Assembly: GCA_013316495.1 (NCBI GenBank)
Contig: WSMP01000001.1
Location: 1-42,063 of the forward strand
Reading direction: 5' to 3'
Origin: Angelakisella sp.
GTDB lineage: Bacteria > Bacillota > Clostridia > Oscillospirales > Ruminococcaceae
Length of the DNA stretch: 42,063 nt
Every line of letters starts with the position of its first letter. Position 1 is the first letter of the stretch. Below are positions 8,955 to 18,384 of the stretch, piece after piece. The position numbers and the translations under genes are program-made. The notes under the pieces are model-generated. The model had not been told where the DNA came from and searched no databases. It saw only the letters and a list, made by a program, of their open reading frames with translations.

Positions 8955-11330
8955 ATGGAAAACAAACATTACATTGCCCTGGAGCTGGACAAGGTGCTGG
9001 AACTGCTGGCGGCAAAGACCACCTGCGAAGCCAGCGCCCTCCGCGCCAGGGAGCTTATCCCCTACAGCGATTGGCGGGACGTCAGCCGGGCTGTCCGGCA
9101 GACCGCCCAAATCAACACCCTTTCCATCCGCTTCGGCACGCCGGGGCTGGGCGGTATCCGCGACTGCACCGCTCCCCTTCACCGGGCGGCGGTAGGCGGG
9201 CGGCTTTCCATCCCGGAGCTTTTATCCGTCTGCCGGGTGCTTCGCACCATCCGGGCGGTCCGGGACTGGCGGCGTCAGGCGGAGGACCCCACCGATGCCG
9301 ACGGTCTCTTTGACACCCTCACCCCCAACCGGGCTTTGGAGGAAGAAATCGACCGGTGCATCCTGAACGACGAGGAGCTTCAGGACACCGCCTCCCCGGA
9401 GCTGGCCTCCATCCGCCGCAAAATACGAAAGGCCCAGCTCTCCATCCGGGAAAAGCTGGAGCGCATCATCAAAAGCCCCCAATACGCCCAGGTGCTTCAG
9501 GAGGCTATCATCACCATCCGGGACGGCCGGTCTGTTGTCCCGGTAAAAGTGGAGCGCAAAGGGGAGCTGCCGGGTCTGGTCCACGACACCTCCAGCTCCA
9601 AGGCCACCGTCTTTGTGGAGCCCATGGCGGTGGTGGAAGCCAACAACGAAATCCGTCTCCTTCAGGGGGAGGAGCAGGAGGAGGTGGACCGCATCCTCCT
9701 GGAGCTTTCCGGCCGGGTGGGAGAGATGGCATCCCTTATCCAGGAATCCTTCTCCGCTTTGGTGGAGCTGGACCTTCTCTTCGCCAAATCCCGGTTGGCG
9801 GACGCTATGAGGGCTTCAGTGCCGGAGATTCGCCAGGACCGGATCCTGCGCCTTAACAGGGCCCGGCATCCCCTCATCCCCAAGGAAAAGGTGGTGCCGG
9901 TGGATATCGCCCTGGGGGACAGCTTTGATACCCTGGTCATCACCGGCCCCAATACCGGGGGCAAGACGGTGGCCCTCAAGACCCTGGGCCTCCTCACCCT
10001 TATGGCGGCCTGCGGGATGCTGCTCCCCTGCGGGGACGGCAGCTGTGTCCCGGTCTTTGACCGGGTGCTGGCGGATATTGGGGACGAGCAAAGCATTGAG
10101 CAAAGCCTTTCCACCTTCTCCGCCCATATCACCAACATCATCTCCATCCTGGAATGGGCCGGCCCCCGGAGCCTAGTCCTCACCGACGAGCTGGGGGCAG
10201 GCACCGATCCGGTGGAGGGGGCTGCCCTGGCGGTCTCCATCCTGGAGGCCCTGCGCCAGAAGGGGGCGCTCATTGCCGCCACCACCCACTATGCGGAAAT
10301 CAAGATGTACGCCCTCACCACCCCTGGGGTAAAAAACGGCAGCTGCGAATTTAACGTGGAGACCCTCTCCCCCACCTACCGGCTGCTTATCGGGGTGCCG
10401 GGGCGCTCCAACGCCTTCGCCATCAGCCAGCGCCTGGGGCTGCCGGAGGGGGTCATCGGTCGGGCCAAGGAGCTGGTGAGTACCGAGAACACCCGCTTTG
10501 AGGATGTAGTCAGCGACCTGGAGCGCACCCGTCAGGAGCTGGAGAAGGAACAGCAGGCCGCCGCCAGCCGCCGCCAGCAGATGGACGCCCTGAAAAAGGA
10601 GATGGAGGAGGAGCGGCAGCGGCTCTACGCCCAGCTGGACAAGGAGGCCCAGGAGGCCCGCCAGCAGGCCCAGACGATGGTGGAGCGGGTAAAGAGCCAG
10701 ACCGATCTCCTTCTTAATGAACTGGAGGAGCTGAAAAAGCAGCAGGACAAGGAGGACTTTGCAAAGAAGCTCTCTCAGCTGCGCTCCGGCTACAAGGGCC
10801 GGATGGAGCACCTGCGGGACCTGGCGGACCCGGTGGCTCGGCAGCGGGGGGAGGCCTACACGCTGCCCCGGAAGCTCCAAAGCGGCGATACAGTGCTCCT
10901 CACCGGCCTGAACATAGAGGGGACCGTCCTTTCCGGACCGGACAGCTCCGGCTGCTACATGGTCCAGGCAGGTATCCTAAAGAGCAAGGTAAAGGAGGAG
11001 GAACTGCGCCTGGTGGACACAAAGGAGCGCAAGGTGACGGTAAACGGTCGGCGGCGCACCACCACCGAAAGCAAGGTAAACCGGGAGGCCCGCACCGAAA
11101 TCGACATCCGGGGGATGGACACCATCGACGGCATCGCCACCGTGGACCGCTTCCTGGACCAGGCCGCCCTTATGGGCATGGGAACGGTGACCATCATCCA
11201 CGGCAAGGGCACCGGCGCTTTGCGCACCGCCATCCAGAACCACCTGCGGAAGGTGAAAGTGGTAAAATCCTTCCGCCCTGGCATGTACGGCGAAGGAGAA
11301 GCCGGTGTGACGGTGGTAGAACTGAAATAA
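8955..11330 (+). CDS. mutS2: Endonuclease MutS2 (RqcU)
   Basis: ITGPNTGGKT, DIGDEQSIEQSLSTFS, DELGAGTDP, coiled coil, C-terminal Smr domain IIHGKGTG. Confidence 0.96.
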   Translation: MENKHYIALELDKVLELLAAKTTCEASALRARELIPYSDWRDVSRAVRQTAQINTLSIRFGTPGLGGIRDCTAPLHRAAVGGRLSIPELLSVCRVLRTIRAVRDWRRQAEDPTDADGLFDTLTPNRALEEEIDRCILNDEELQDTASPELASIRRKIRKAQLSIREKLERIIKSPQYAQVLQEAIITIRDGRSVVPVKVERKGELPGLVHDTSSSKATVFVEPMAVVEANNEIRLLQGEEQEEVDRILLELSGRVGEMASLIQESFSALVELDLLFAKSRLADAMRASVPEIRQDRILRLNRARHPLIPKEKVVPVDIALGDSFDTLVITGPNTGGKTVALKTLGLLTLMAACGMLLPCGDGSCVPVFDRVLADIGDEQSIEQSLSTFSAHITNIISILEWAGPRSLVLTDELGAGTDPVEGAALAVSILEALRQKGALIAATTHYAEIKMYALTTPGVKNGSCEFNVETLSPTYRLLIGVPGRSNAFAISQRLGLPEGVIGRAKELVSTENTRFEDVVSDLERTRQELEKEQQAAASRRQQMDALKKEMEEERQRLYAQLDKEAQEARQQAQTMVERVKSQTDLLLNELEELKKQQDKEDFAKKLSQLRSGYKGRMEHLRDLADPVARQRGEAYTLPRKLQSGDTVLLTGLNIEGTVLSGPDSSGCYMVQAGILKSKVKEEELRLVDTKERKVTVNGRRRTTTESKVNREARTEIDIRGMDTIDGIATVDRFLDQAALMGMGTVTIIHGKGTGALRTAIQNHLRKVKVVKSFRPGMYGEGEAGVTVVELK

Positions 11331-11375
11331 TATTAAAAACGGGACATGGAGCAGTTCCATGTCCCGTTTTTAATA
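11331..11375. terminator. Bidirectional rho-independent terminator between convergent genes
   Basis: TATTAAAAACGGGACATGGA-GCAGT-TCCATGTCCCGTTTTTAATA. Confidence 0.85.
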
Positions 11376-11397
11376 TGCCGGTCGGGTGCAGGCCAGC

Positions 11398-12936
11398 TTA
11401 TGGAAAGCAGTCCTTGCCGTCCATTTTGTCAAACAAAAATTCCTCAATAAACTGTACCCGCTGTCCTTTTGTCATGCGGGAAACGTCTGCCACCGGCTTG
11501 GAGGCATTTTTGATAGGCACCATCGAGATGATAAAGTCGTAGCTTGCTTCGGGGTAGACTGAAAACTGGTAGGGGGAGCAGGTGTCCACAATCTTGATTT
11601 GGGGGATGCTGTCCTGTAGGTGCCTTCGCTGGTCCTGCTGGATGATGACCCCCGCCGGGGATACTAGCAGCGCCCGCCATTTGGTGGTGGTGCGGTCCTG
11701 GGAGAGGGCGAAGTGGAGGGTGAGGGAAACCAGCTCCTGCTGGTCGGGCCGGATGCCGCTAAGCTGCTGGTAAAGGGCCGCCTGCTTTTTGACGCTGGCG
11801 AAAATCTCCTGGCAGGCCTCCGGCAGCTCCAGCCGCAGCTGCGTTCTGGCGCCGGGGTTTTCCTTCTGCTGGTAAAGGGAGTTTTGCAGATGGGTAAGCA
11901 GGCCGAAGAACAGCACCCGGTCGGAGGAAAAGCGGCCGCCCAGCTCGGCATCCACCGCCTCAATAAGGTGGAGGGCCAGCAGCTCGATGTTCTCCGGCGC
12001 CTTCTGCTCCTCCTCCATCTGGGCCTGGAAGGCGTTGTAGCCCATCAGGTGGATGCAGATATAGGTGCGCTCCGAATCGGGCAAATGCACCTGGAAGGTC
12101 TCCTCCAGCCGCCGGGCGATAAAGGCGGCGGTATTCATCTCCTGCTGGGGAAATTCCTCGTTGGGGGGAAGGAATTCCTTTTGAATCTGGTGTCCGTGGC
12201 GCAGACGGAAGACGCTGATAGTGATGTGGGTGGCCAGGGAGGTAAAGTATTCGCTGCCCATGAAGAAGTCAAATTCTTTTTCCGCTTCCTCGATGATGCT
12301 GCAAATCTTTTTAATGTCCTCCTCTGTGTAAACCTCCTCCATCTTTTCCAGCCGCTCCTTCGCCAGGCGGACAGGGTTGTTCACCTTCCCCTCCACCGCC
12401 GGCTCCCGGTGCTCGCACAGGTCAAAAAAGCCGATGATAGCGGCCCGGCGGTCCACCTCCTCCCCAGCGATGCCGATGCCCCGGCCCTGTATCTTGAAGA
12501 GCCGCAGGTGGTACTGGGCCAACCAGTTTTCCGCCCAGTCCAGGTCGGCGAGAATGACGAAACGGCTGACATAAAAGCTGTCAGCCAAAAACTGGATGGT
12601 AAGCTCATCACGGGAGAAAATAAGGCTTCGCAGCAGCTCAGTGCGTCGCTTCATGCTTCCATCGGTGAGGGTGAAATACTGGCTGCTCAGGAGGGCGGAG
12701 AGCTTTTGGCGGCCGGCGGCATCGCAATCCAATTGGGTGCCGTAGCCCTGCTTTTTAACAATCTGTATCTCCGACAGCTGATGCTCCCGCAGCCAGCTTT
12801 CCGCTTTGTTCAGGTAGTTTTGCACCGACCGCTTGGAGATTTCCATAATCCGTGAAAGCTCGCTGAGGGTCAGGTAATCTTCGCTTTCCAGCAGGGACAA
12901 AAGAATTTTTCTTGTAACTTCCTCCGAATGCCGCAT
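11398..12936 (-). CDS. PRD-domain transcriptional regulator (BglG/LicR/MtlR type) with C-terminal EIIB-like domain
   Basis: N-terminal HTH (ISKRSVQNYL), Mga-like HTH, two PRD-like segments; lies in the PTS operon. Confidence 0.85.
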   Translation of the reverse strand: MRHSEEVTRKILLSLLESEDYLTLSELSRIMEISKRSVQNYLNKAESWLREHQLSEIQIVKKQGYGTQLDCDAAGRQKLSALLSSQYFTLTDGSMKRRTELLRSLIFSRDELTIQFLADSFYVSRFVILADLDWAENWLAQYHLRLFKIQGRGIGIAGEEVDRRAAIIGFFDLCEHREPAVEGKVNNPVRLAKERLEKMEEVYTEEDIKKICSIIEEAEKEFDFFMGSEYFTSLATHITISVFRLRHGHQIQKEFLPPNEEFPQQEMNTAAFIARRLEETFQVHLPDSERTYICIHLMGYNAFQAQMEEEQKAPENIELLALHLIEAVDAELGGRFSSDRVLFFGLLTHLQNSLYQQKENPGARTQLRLELPEACQEIFASVKKQAALYQQLSGIRPDQQELVSLTLHFALSQDRTTTKWRALLVSPAGVIIQQDQRRHLQDSIPQIKIVDTCSPYQFSVYPEASYDFIISMVPIKNASKPVADVSRMTKGQRVQFIEEFLFDKMDGKDCFP

Positions 12937-12964
12937 CGTCCCCCTCCTTTCCTACCAAATGGCT

Positions 12965-13510
12965 TTACCTGTGGACAGAGAATTTTCTGCCGCGAAATTC
13001 TGGCCGGACCTTTACCGCCATGTCAAACCCGGTGCGGCACTCCCCATTGGTAAAGATGGTGAGGCAGCAAAGCAGGAACGGGAAGCCTTGGAACAGATAG
13101 AGGGAAAGCAGCTTTAGCGCGCTTCTGACCCACAGAAGCAGCAGCTGCAACACCCGCCCCCGCGCCGGGTCCATCGGAACAAGCCGCAGCCCCAGGAGCA
13201 GCTTCCCCAGGGTGGAGCCGCCGGTGATGGTCTGGGTCACCGCCTCGTAGCCAAAGGCGATGAGCAGCAGCAGGCGGAAGGCCTGGTTAAACTGCGTAAA
13301 CACGGCGGCAGTCAGCTCCATATCCTGTCCGCCAGCGGCCTGGGCGGCGTCCATAGCGGCCCGCACAGCAAAGAAATCCGGCTGGCCGGTGAAGCGGTAG
13401 GCCAGGAAGGAGAGGCCTAGGACGATTAACAGGTCGGCGCAAAAAGCCCCAAACCGCCTGCCCCGCATCCCAGCGGGGGCCTTCGCCGTTTCAAGACCCA
13501 GAAAACCCAT
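12965..13510 (-). CDS. RDD family membrane protein
   Basis: RRFGAFCADL, GSTLGKLLLGLRLV, TGFDMAV; GGAGG RBS before the ATG at 13510. Confidence 0.8.
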   Translation of the reverse strand: MGFLGLETAKAPAGMRGRRFGAFCADLLIVLGLSFLAYRFTGQPDFFAVRAAMDAAQAAGGQDMELTAAVFTQFNQAFRLLLLIAFGYEAVTQTITGGSTLGKLLLGLRLVPMDPARGRVLQLLLLWVRSALKLLSLYLFQGFPFLLCCLTIFTNGECRTGFDMAVKVRPEFRGRKFSVHR

Positions 13511-13591
13511 GATGATACCTCCAAAAGCGGGGTGGGGGATGGTACTGGCCATCCCCCACCGGTCTATGACACAGGGGAAGCCCCGGAAATT

Positions 13592-14899
13592 TTACGCGGT
13601 GACAGTGCTCAGCTCATCCTGGTAGCATTTCTTATCCCAAACCCGGATGAAGGGCAGCCAGATGAGGAAGGAGACGGCCATACCGCAAAGTTGCGCCACC
13701 ACGCCCATGATGCTGCCGGTGGTGAGGAAGCCGCTGATAAGCACCGGGCAGGTCCAGGGGACCATATTGTTGCACAGGGGGAACAGCCCGACGGCGGTGC
13801 CCAGGAACTGGACCGACATGGCGGCCATGGGGGCCAGGATGTAGGGAATCATCAGGATGGGGTTGAGGACGATGGGCAGGCCGAAGGTCACCGGCTCGTT
13901 GATGTTGAAGATGCCGGGGGCGATGCCCACCTTGCCCACGTTCTTAAGCAGCTTGGACTTAGCAAAGAGCAGCATATAGATGACCACCGGCAGGGTGGCG
14001 CCGGAGCCGCCCATCCAAACGCCGTTTTCGTAGAAGGTGAAGGTAACGATGTTGTGGGCGCCGGCGGAAACGTTTTCCGCCATGTTGATAATCCACAAAG
14101 GCTCGAAGATGGGGAATACGATAATGGCAGAGCCGTGGAGGCCGAAGGACCAAAGGAGATGCTCAAAGAAGCAGACCACCAGAGTGCCGATGTAGGAGGT
14201 GCCCAGATGCCGCAGGGGGGTGGAGATAATGTCGGTGACAAACTCCGGGAAGCCGCCCCAGGGGGTGGAGGCGAAGACCAGCCGCACCACGGTGAAGAGG
14301 ACAATAATGGCGGTGCCGGGAAGCAGGGCGGTAAACTGGGCGGATACCGCCTTGGGCACCGAATCCGGCAGCTTGATGGTAAAGTTCTTCTGCACCAGGA
14401 ACCGGTAGATTTCACCCACAATAAGGGCGGTGAGCAGGGCGGTGAAAAGCAGAGTGGCGTCCAGGGAGCCGGCCACCCAGGCATCCACCGCTTCCCCCTC
14501 CGCGCCGGTGAGGGTGGTGGGGACCACTACAGCGAAGAAGGCCGCCATAGCGATGATGCCCGCCGGTGTGCCGTTTTCCCCGTAGCTGTTTACCAGGGAG
14601 CTCGCCACGCCGAAGCAGGCCACAATGGCCGAAATGCCGTAGGTGGCGTTCATGATGACCCCTTCAAAGGCGTTCCAGTTTTCGCCAAAGATGCTGGCCA
14701 TCAGGTTCAAAAAGCCCTCAATGGGGAACTCCGCAATAATCATGGAAAAGGCGCCCAGAATCAGCAGCGGCATCACCATCACGACGCCGTCACGAAGGGC
14801 CAGCAGGTGCCGCTGGCTACCCAGCTGGGCGGCCACGGGGAGGAATTTTTCCTCCATAAAGCTCATAAACGAGCCGCTCTTGGAAGCTCCTTTTTTCAT
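13592..14899 (-). CDS. celB: PTS lactose/cellobiose family EIIC
   Basis: HLLALRDG, LWSFGLHG, MGGSGATL, IFNINEPVTFGLPIVLNP. Confidence 0.92.
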   Translation of the reverse strand: MKKGASKSGSFMSFMEEKFLPVAAQLGSQRHLLALRDGVVMVMPLLILGAFSMIIAEFPIEGFLNLMASIFGENWNAFEGVIMNATYGISAIVACFGVASSLVNSYGENGTPAGIIAMAAFFAVVVPTTLTGAEGEAVDAWVAGSLDATLLFTALLTALIVGEIYRFLVQKNFTIKLPDSVPKAVSAQFTALLPGTAIIVLFTVVRLVFASTPWGGFPEFVTDIISTPLRHLGTSYIGTLVVCFFEHLLWSFGLHGSAIIVFPIFEPLWIINMAENVSAGAHNIVTFTFYENGVWMGGSGATLPVVIYMLLFAKSKLLKNVGKVGIAPGIFNINEPVTFGLPIVLNPILMIPYILAPMAAMSVQFLGTAVGLFPLCNNMVPWTCPVLISGFLTTGSIMGVVAQLCGMAVSFLIWLPFIRVWDKKCYQDELSTVTA

Positions 14900-14914
14900 T
14901 TTTGTTCTACCTCC

Positions 14915-15232
14915 TCAATTTTCTTTTGTCTGGTATGCCCCATAGGCCTGCTCGAAGATTTTATCGGCCTTCTGCATGGCGTAATCGGACATATCCATAG
15001 TCTGGATGACCGGGATTTCATCGCCGTACTCAGTCTGGAATTTCTTTGCCAGATAGCGCACCTGGGGACCGATGAGCAGGATATCGGTGCGGTGGATGCG
15101 GTCCTCCACACGCTGGAAGGCCCTGGCCTCAATGTCGGCCTCAATCCCCTTCTCTTTGGTATAGGCTGCCATTTTGTCCACCAGCACGCTTGTGGACATA
15201 CCCAGGTTGCAGATCAGTGTGATTACCAGCAT
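14915..15232 (-). CDS. PTS lactose/cellobiose family EIIB
   Basis: LICNLGMSTSVLV phosphorylation loop; LLIGPQVRY. Confidence 0.92.
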   Translation of the reverse strand: MLVITLICNLGMSTSVLVDKMAAYTKEKGIEADIEARAFQRVEDRIHRTDILLIGPQVRYLAKKFQTEYGDEIPVIQTMDMSDYAMQKADKIFEQAYGAYQTKEN

Positions 15233-15556
15233 CTACTTTTTTCCCTCCAATTCCATCAGCCTTTGGTGCACCAGAATAAATTCCTCCGCCACATCCCGCA
15301 TCACCAGCGCCAGGTTCAGGTGGTCCTGGGCGTGGACCATCAGCAGGGATACTCCCTCGCTCTCTCCCCGCATCTCTTCCCGGATAAGCTGTGTTTGGGT
15401 CTCGTGGGCGGCCACCATGCTGTCGTCGGCCCGGTGCAGGGCCTCTTTGGCCTCCTGGAAGTTCCCTTCCTTAGCCAACTGGATAGCCTCCATACAGCTG
15501 CTTCTGGCGTCCCCAGCTCCGGCGATAAGGCCCATCGCCACCTCCATATTTGCCAC
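15233..15556 (-). CDS. PTS lactose/cellobiose family EIIA
   Basis: AGDARS, AHETQTQLI, LLMVHAQDHL. Confidence 0.93.
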   Translation of the reverse strand: MANMEVAMGLIAGAGDARSSCMEAIQLAKEGNFQEAKEALHRADDSMVAAHETQTQLIREEMRGESEGVSLLMVHAQDHLNLALVMRDVAEEFILVHQRLMELEGKK

Positions 15557-15580
15557 TGTGCTCCCTCCTCCTTCTTCCTT

Positions 15581-15847
15581 CTACCTTTCTCCGAATTTGT
15601 CTGCGAACAGGGCTTCCATGGCCTGTGCCGCCTCCTGTTCATCCGCGCCCTCAAACTCCACTGTAACCGTCTCTCCGTGCTTGGCGTTTGCCATCATCAC
15701 GCCTGTGACGCTTTTCAGATCGTAATTTTTGCCATCCTTTTTGACACGGACCAGGCTTTCAAAGCCGCTAGCGCACCGGGTGATTCGGGAAGCCACCCGC
15801 GCATGGAACCCCAGCTGATTTTGGACCTGAAGCTCTTTTATAACCAC
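15581..15847 (-). CDS. ptsH: HPr family phosphocarrier protein
   Basis: GFHARVAS (His15 motif), DLKSVTGVM (Ser46 motif), EGADEQEA; GTG start after AGGAGG. Confidence 0.88.
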   Translation of the reverse strand: MVIKELQVQNQLGFHARVASRITRCASGFESLVRVKKDGKNYDLKSVTGVMMANAKHGETVTVEFEGADEQEAAQAMEALFADKFGER

Positions 15848-17529
15848 CGTTCCACCTCCTTTCGAACCTCTGTATCGGAGGAGCATTGCAGAACCCGCTC
15901 CACAAGCTCTCTGCACGCGGCGGTGTCACACCCTTTTATCCGGCGGCGTACACGGGGGATGGAAGGGATGCTGACGCTCAGCTCATCCACCCCCATGCCC
16001 ACCCACAGGGGGATGAGCTGCTCCACCTCGCCGGCCTGGCCGCATATCCCCACCTCGACGCCCTTTTCATGGGCACAGCGGCAGATATGCTCCACCACCC
16101 GGAGAAGGGCCGGCTGGAAATAGGAGTTGAGGGCGGCCACCTGGGCGTTGTTCCGGTCCGCCGCAAAGAGATATTGGGTCAGGTCGTTGGTGCCGATGCT
16201 GAAAAAGTCCACCATCTCCGCCAGCTGTTCCGCCATGACGGCAGCGGCGGGGGTTTCCATCATCACGCCGACGGAGACCGGGCCGGTAGCGCTCCCCCGC
16301 TCCTTCAGCTCCCTACGCACTCCGTCGATGGCCTCCTTGGCCTGTTCCACCTCATCGGTGGCGGCAATCATAGGCAGCATCAGCTGCACCGGGCCAAAGG
16401 CGGCGGCCCGAAGGATGGCGGCGAGCTGGGGCCGGAAAATCTCCGGGTGGTCCAAACAGTAGCGAATCGCCCGGTATCCCAGGAAGGGATTTTCCTCCGG
16501 GGAGATCCCCAGGTAGGGGATGCTTTTATCTCCCCCTACATCCAGGGTTCGTATAATCAGCGGCCTTCCCTCCAGGCCCTTTACAATTGCGGAATAGAGC
16601 GCGAACTGGGTCTCCTCGTCCGGGGCGGCATCCCGCTCCATATAGAGCATCTCCGTCCGGAGGAGGCCCACCCCCTCTCCCCCCTGCTCCAGAACCCCTG
16701 GGACCTCCAGGTTGGTGGTGATGTTAGCGTATACCTTCATGGTTTTGCCATCGGCGGTCATGGTCTTTGCCTGGCGGAACTGCTCCAAGCTGCACAGCTC
16801 CTGCCGCCTCGCTTCTTTATATTGCCGGTAGCTGCGGACCGTCTCGTCGTCCGGGGACAGGACAATCTCCCCGGTCTCACCATCCAGCAGCAGCGGCATC
16901 CCCTGTTCCACCTGGGCCAGAACCCCCGCCGCACCGATGATGCAGGGGATGCCCATGGAGCGGGCCAGAATCACACAGTGGGAGGAAAGACCCCCTTTTT
17001 CCAGGATAATCCCTTCCAGCTTTCCATGTCCGAGCTCCACCACCTGGGAGGGGGTCAGGTCCTGGGCCACTGCAATAACAGGGGCGGTGGGCAATGTAGC
17101 TTTTTCCCGGCAGGACAGAGCCTGAAGCAGCCGCTGCTCAATATCGCTGATATCCGCCACACGCTCGTTGAGATACGGATTATCCAATGCGGACAGCTCC
17201 TCCCGGTAAAGGCGGGAATGATGCGCCACCGCATACTCGCAGTTGATTTGCTCCTTTTGAATCGTGTGGACAATCTGCCCCATATAGTTCTCATCCTCCA
17301 GCAGCAGCAGCTGAAAGTCCAATATTTCTGCCTGCTCCGGGTCCGCATCCTGGCGCAGGCCTTCTATTAAGGCAGACAGCTCCTTGGCGCACCGGGCGGA
17401 GGCTGCCTGCAACCGCTGGAGCTCCTCGTCGGTCTTTTCCACACGGTAAGCGCTTACATCTGTCTTTCGGTCGATGACCAAATACGCTTGCGAGAGGGCC
17501 ATGCCGCCAACTGCAACTGTACCTTTCAT
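15838..17529 (-). CDS. ptsI: PTS enzyme I (PEP-protein phosphotransferase)
   Basis: GGLSSHCVILARS, GVGLLRTE, IRTLDVGGDK, EENPFLGYRAIR, DFFSIGTNDLTQY. Confidence 0.95.
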   Translation of the reverse strand: MKGTVAVGGMALSQAYLVIDRKTDVSAYRVEKTDEELQRLQAASARCAKELSALIEGLRQDADPEQAEILDFQLLLLEDENYMGQIVHTIQKEQINCEYAVAHHSRLYREELSALDNPYLNERVADISDIEQRLLQALSCREKATLPTAPVIAVAQDLTPSQVVELGHGKLEGIILEKGGLSSHCVILARSMGIPCIIGAAGVLAQVEQGMPLLLDGETGEIVLSPDDETVRSYRQYKEARRQELCSLEQFRQAKTMTADGKTMKVYANITTNLEVPGVLEQGGEGVGLLRTEMLYMERDAAPDEETQFALYSAIVKGLEGRPLIIRTLDVGGDKSIPYLGISPEENPFLGYRAIRYCLDHPEIFRPQLAAILRAAAFGPVQLMLPMIAATDEVEQAKEAIDGVRRELKERGSATGPVSVGVMMETPAAAVMAEQLAEMVDFFSIGTNDLTQYLFAADRNNAQVAALNSYFQPALLRVVEHICRCAHEKGVEVGICGQAGEVEQLIPLWVGMGVDELSVSIPSIPRVRRRIKGCDTAACRELVERVLQCSSDTEVRKEVERWL

Positions 17530-17580
17530 ATCGGCCTCCCATCTGTTGCTCTGGGCAACGGTTGTTTTCTCCGTGAGCTT

Positions 17581-17609
17581 AGTATATCATGCACAAGTCT
17601 TTGCGTAAA
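17581..17609 (-). promoter_or_regulatory. SigA-type promoter of PTS operon
   Basis: Minus strand TTTACG-17 nt-TATACT with extended -10 TG. Confidence 0.65.
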
Positions 17610-17933
17610 CAGCGAAAAAAACCATTTATTTTCTACATCGAAGTGGCAATGTAGCAATTATCTGATTTTCTATCTCCACAGAAGTAACTATCCATGGTTC
17701 CCAAATTCTATGCAGTTTTACACATCTGCACTTACGCTGCTCTTTGCGATAATCTCCCTATTCCCGGCCTTTTTAGCTATTTTATCCTAAGCATCCATTC
17801 AAAATCTCCTCAAGCTAAAAGCGCCAACATCCTGCTTGGGCAAGACGTTGGCACTTGGGGCATGATAATTTGATTTTGGAGCTGTGTTTTTTGTAGCAAG
17901 GTGCGGGACTTGCCCTTAAGTTGCATGGTTTGG

Positions 17934-18270
17934 CACTTTTAACTGCTTATGCCTCCAGGCAGTCGCCAAAGGTTTGCACAAATGAAAAGCCCCCTCTTTC
18001 GAGGGAGCCTTGTAGGGCGTGACTTGGCGGCCACGCCGTGTCGGTGTAAAACACTTTGGACGCTTAGACTCCAGGCAGTTACTAGGATTTTGTACAAAGG
18101 TAAGGCCCCCTCTTTCGAGGGGGCCTTGTAGGGCGTGACTTGGCGGCCACGCCATGGCGGTGTAAAACAGTTTAGATGCCTATGTCTCCAGGCACACACT
18201 AAGATTCTGTACAAAGGAAAGCCCCCTCGTAGAGGGAGCGGGTAGGGCGTGCCTTGGCGGCTACGCCATG
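17934..18270. repeat. Three tandem ~115-bp structured repeats abutting the tRNA-Gln 3' end
   Basis: GTAGGGCGTG(A/C)CTTGGCGGC(C/T)ACGCC at 18012, 18128 and 18242 (periods 116 and 114); each unit also has a GCCCCCTC...GAGGG hairpin and CTCCAGGCA. Confidence 0.9.
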
Positions 18271-18312
18271 GTTGCCCGACTAGGATTCGAACCCAGACAA
18301 ACAGAGTCAGAG
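18269..18312 (-). tRNA. 3' fragment of tRNA-Gln(CUG), probable att site of the integrated element
   Basis: Minus strand CTCTGACTCTGTTTGTCTGGGTTCGAATCCTAGTCGGGCAACCA contains the anticodon loop, T-loop GGTTCGAATCC and CCA end; the 5' half is absent; ~70 bp from the integrase start. Confidence 0.88.
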
Positions 18313-18327
18313 AGCCAAAAGCAGACT

Positions 18328-18356
18328 TTGACTTTCCGCTCTTCGAAAAACATAAT
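18328..18356 (+). promoter_or_regulatory. SigA-type promoter of integrase
   Basis: TTGACT-17 nt-CATAAT, followed by an AGGAGG RBS. Confidence 0.65.
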
Positions 18357-18384
18357 AATATAAAACATTTTTAGGAGGGTGGAT

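Noticed and set aside
13532-16123. 863-aa plus-strand ORF, and similar long antisense ORFs at 162-1424, 1433-2725, 2722-4353, 15886-17370 and 28727-30166
   Set aside because: Shadow frames opposite well-supported genes in high-GC sequence; no recognisable motifs.
17916-18214. Short ORFs (60-91 aa) over the repeat array
   Set aside because: They merely translate the DNA repeats; no RBS or coding signal was recognised.
17934-18270. Tandem repeats as a CRISPR array
   Set aside because: The period is ~115 bp, the intervening segments are homologous to each other rather than unique spacers, and no cas genes are present in the window.
18269-18345. Complete functional tRNA-Gln
   Set aside because: The D-arm, 5' acceptor strand and 5' anticodon stem are missing; it is an att remnant.
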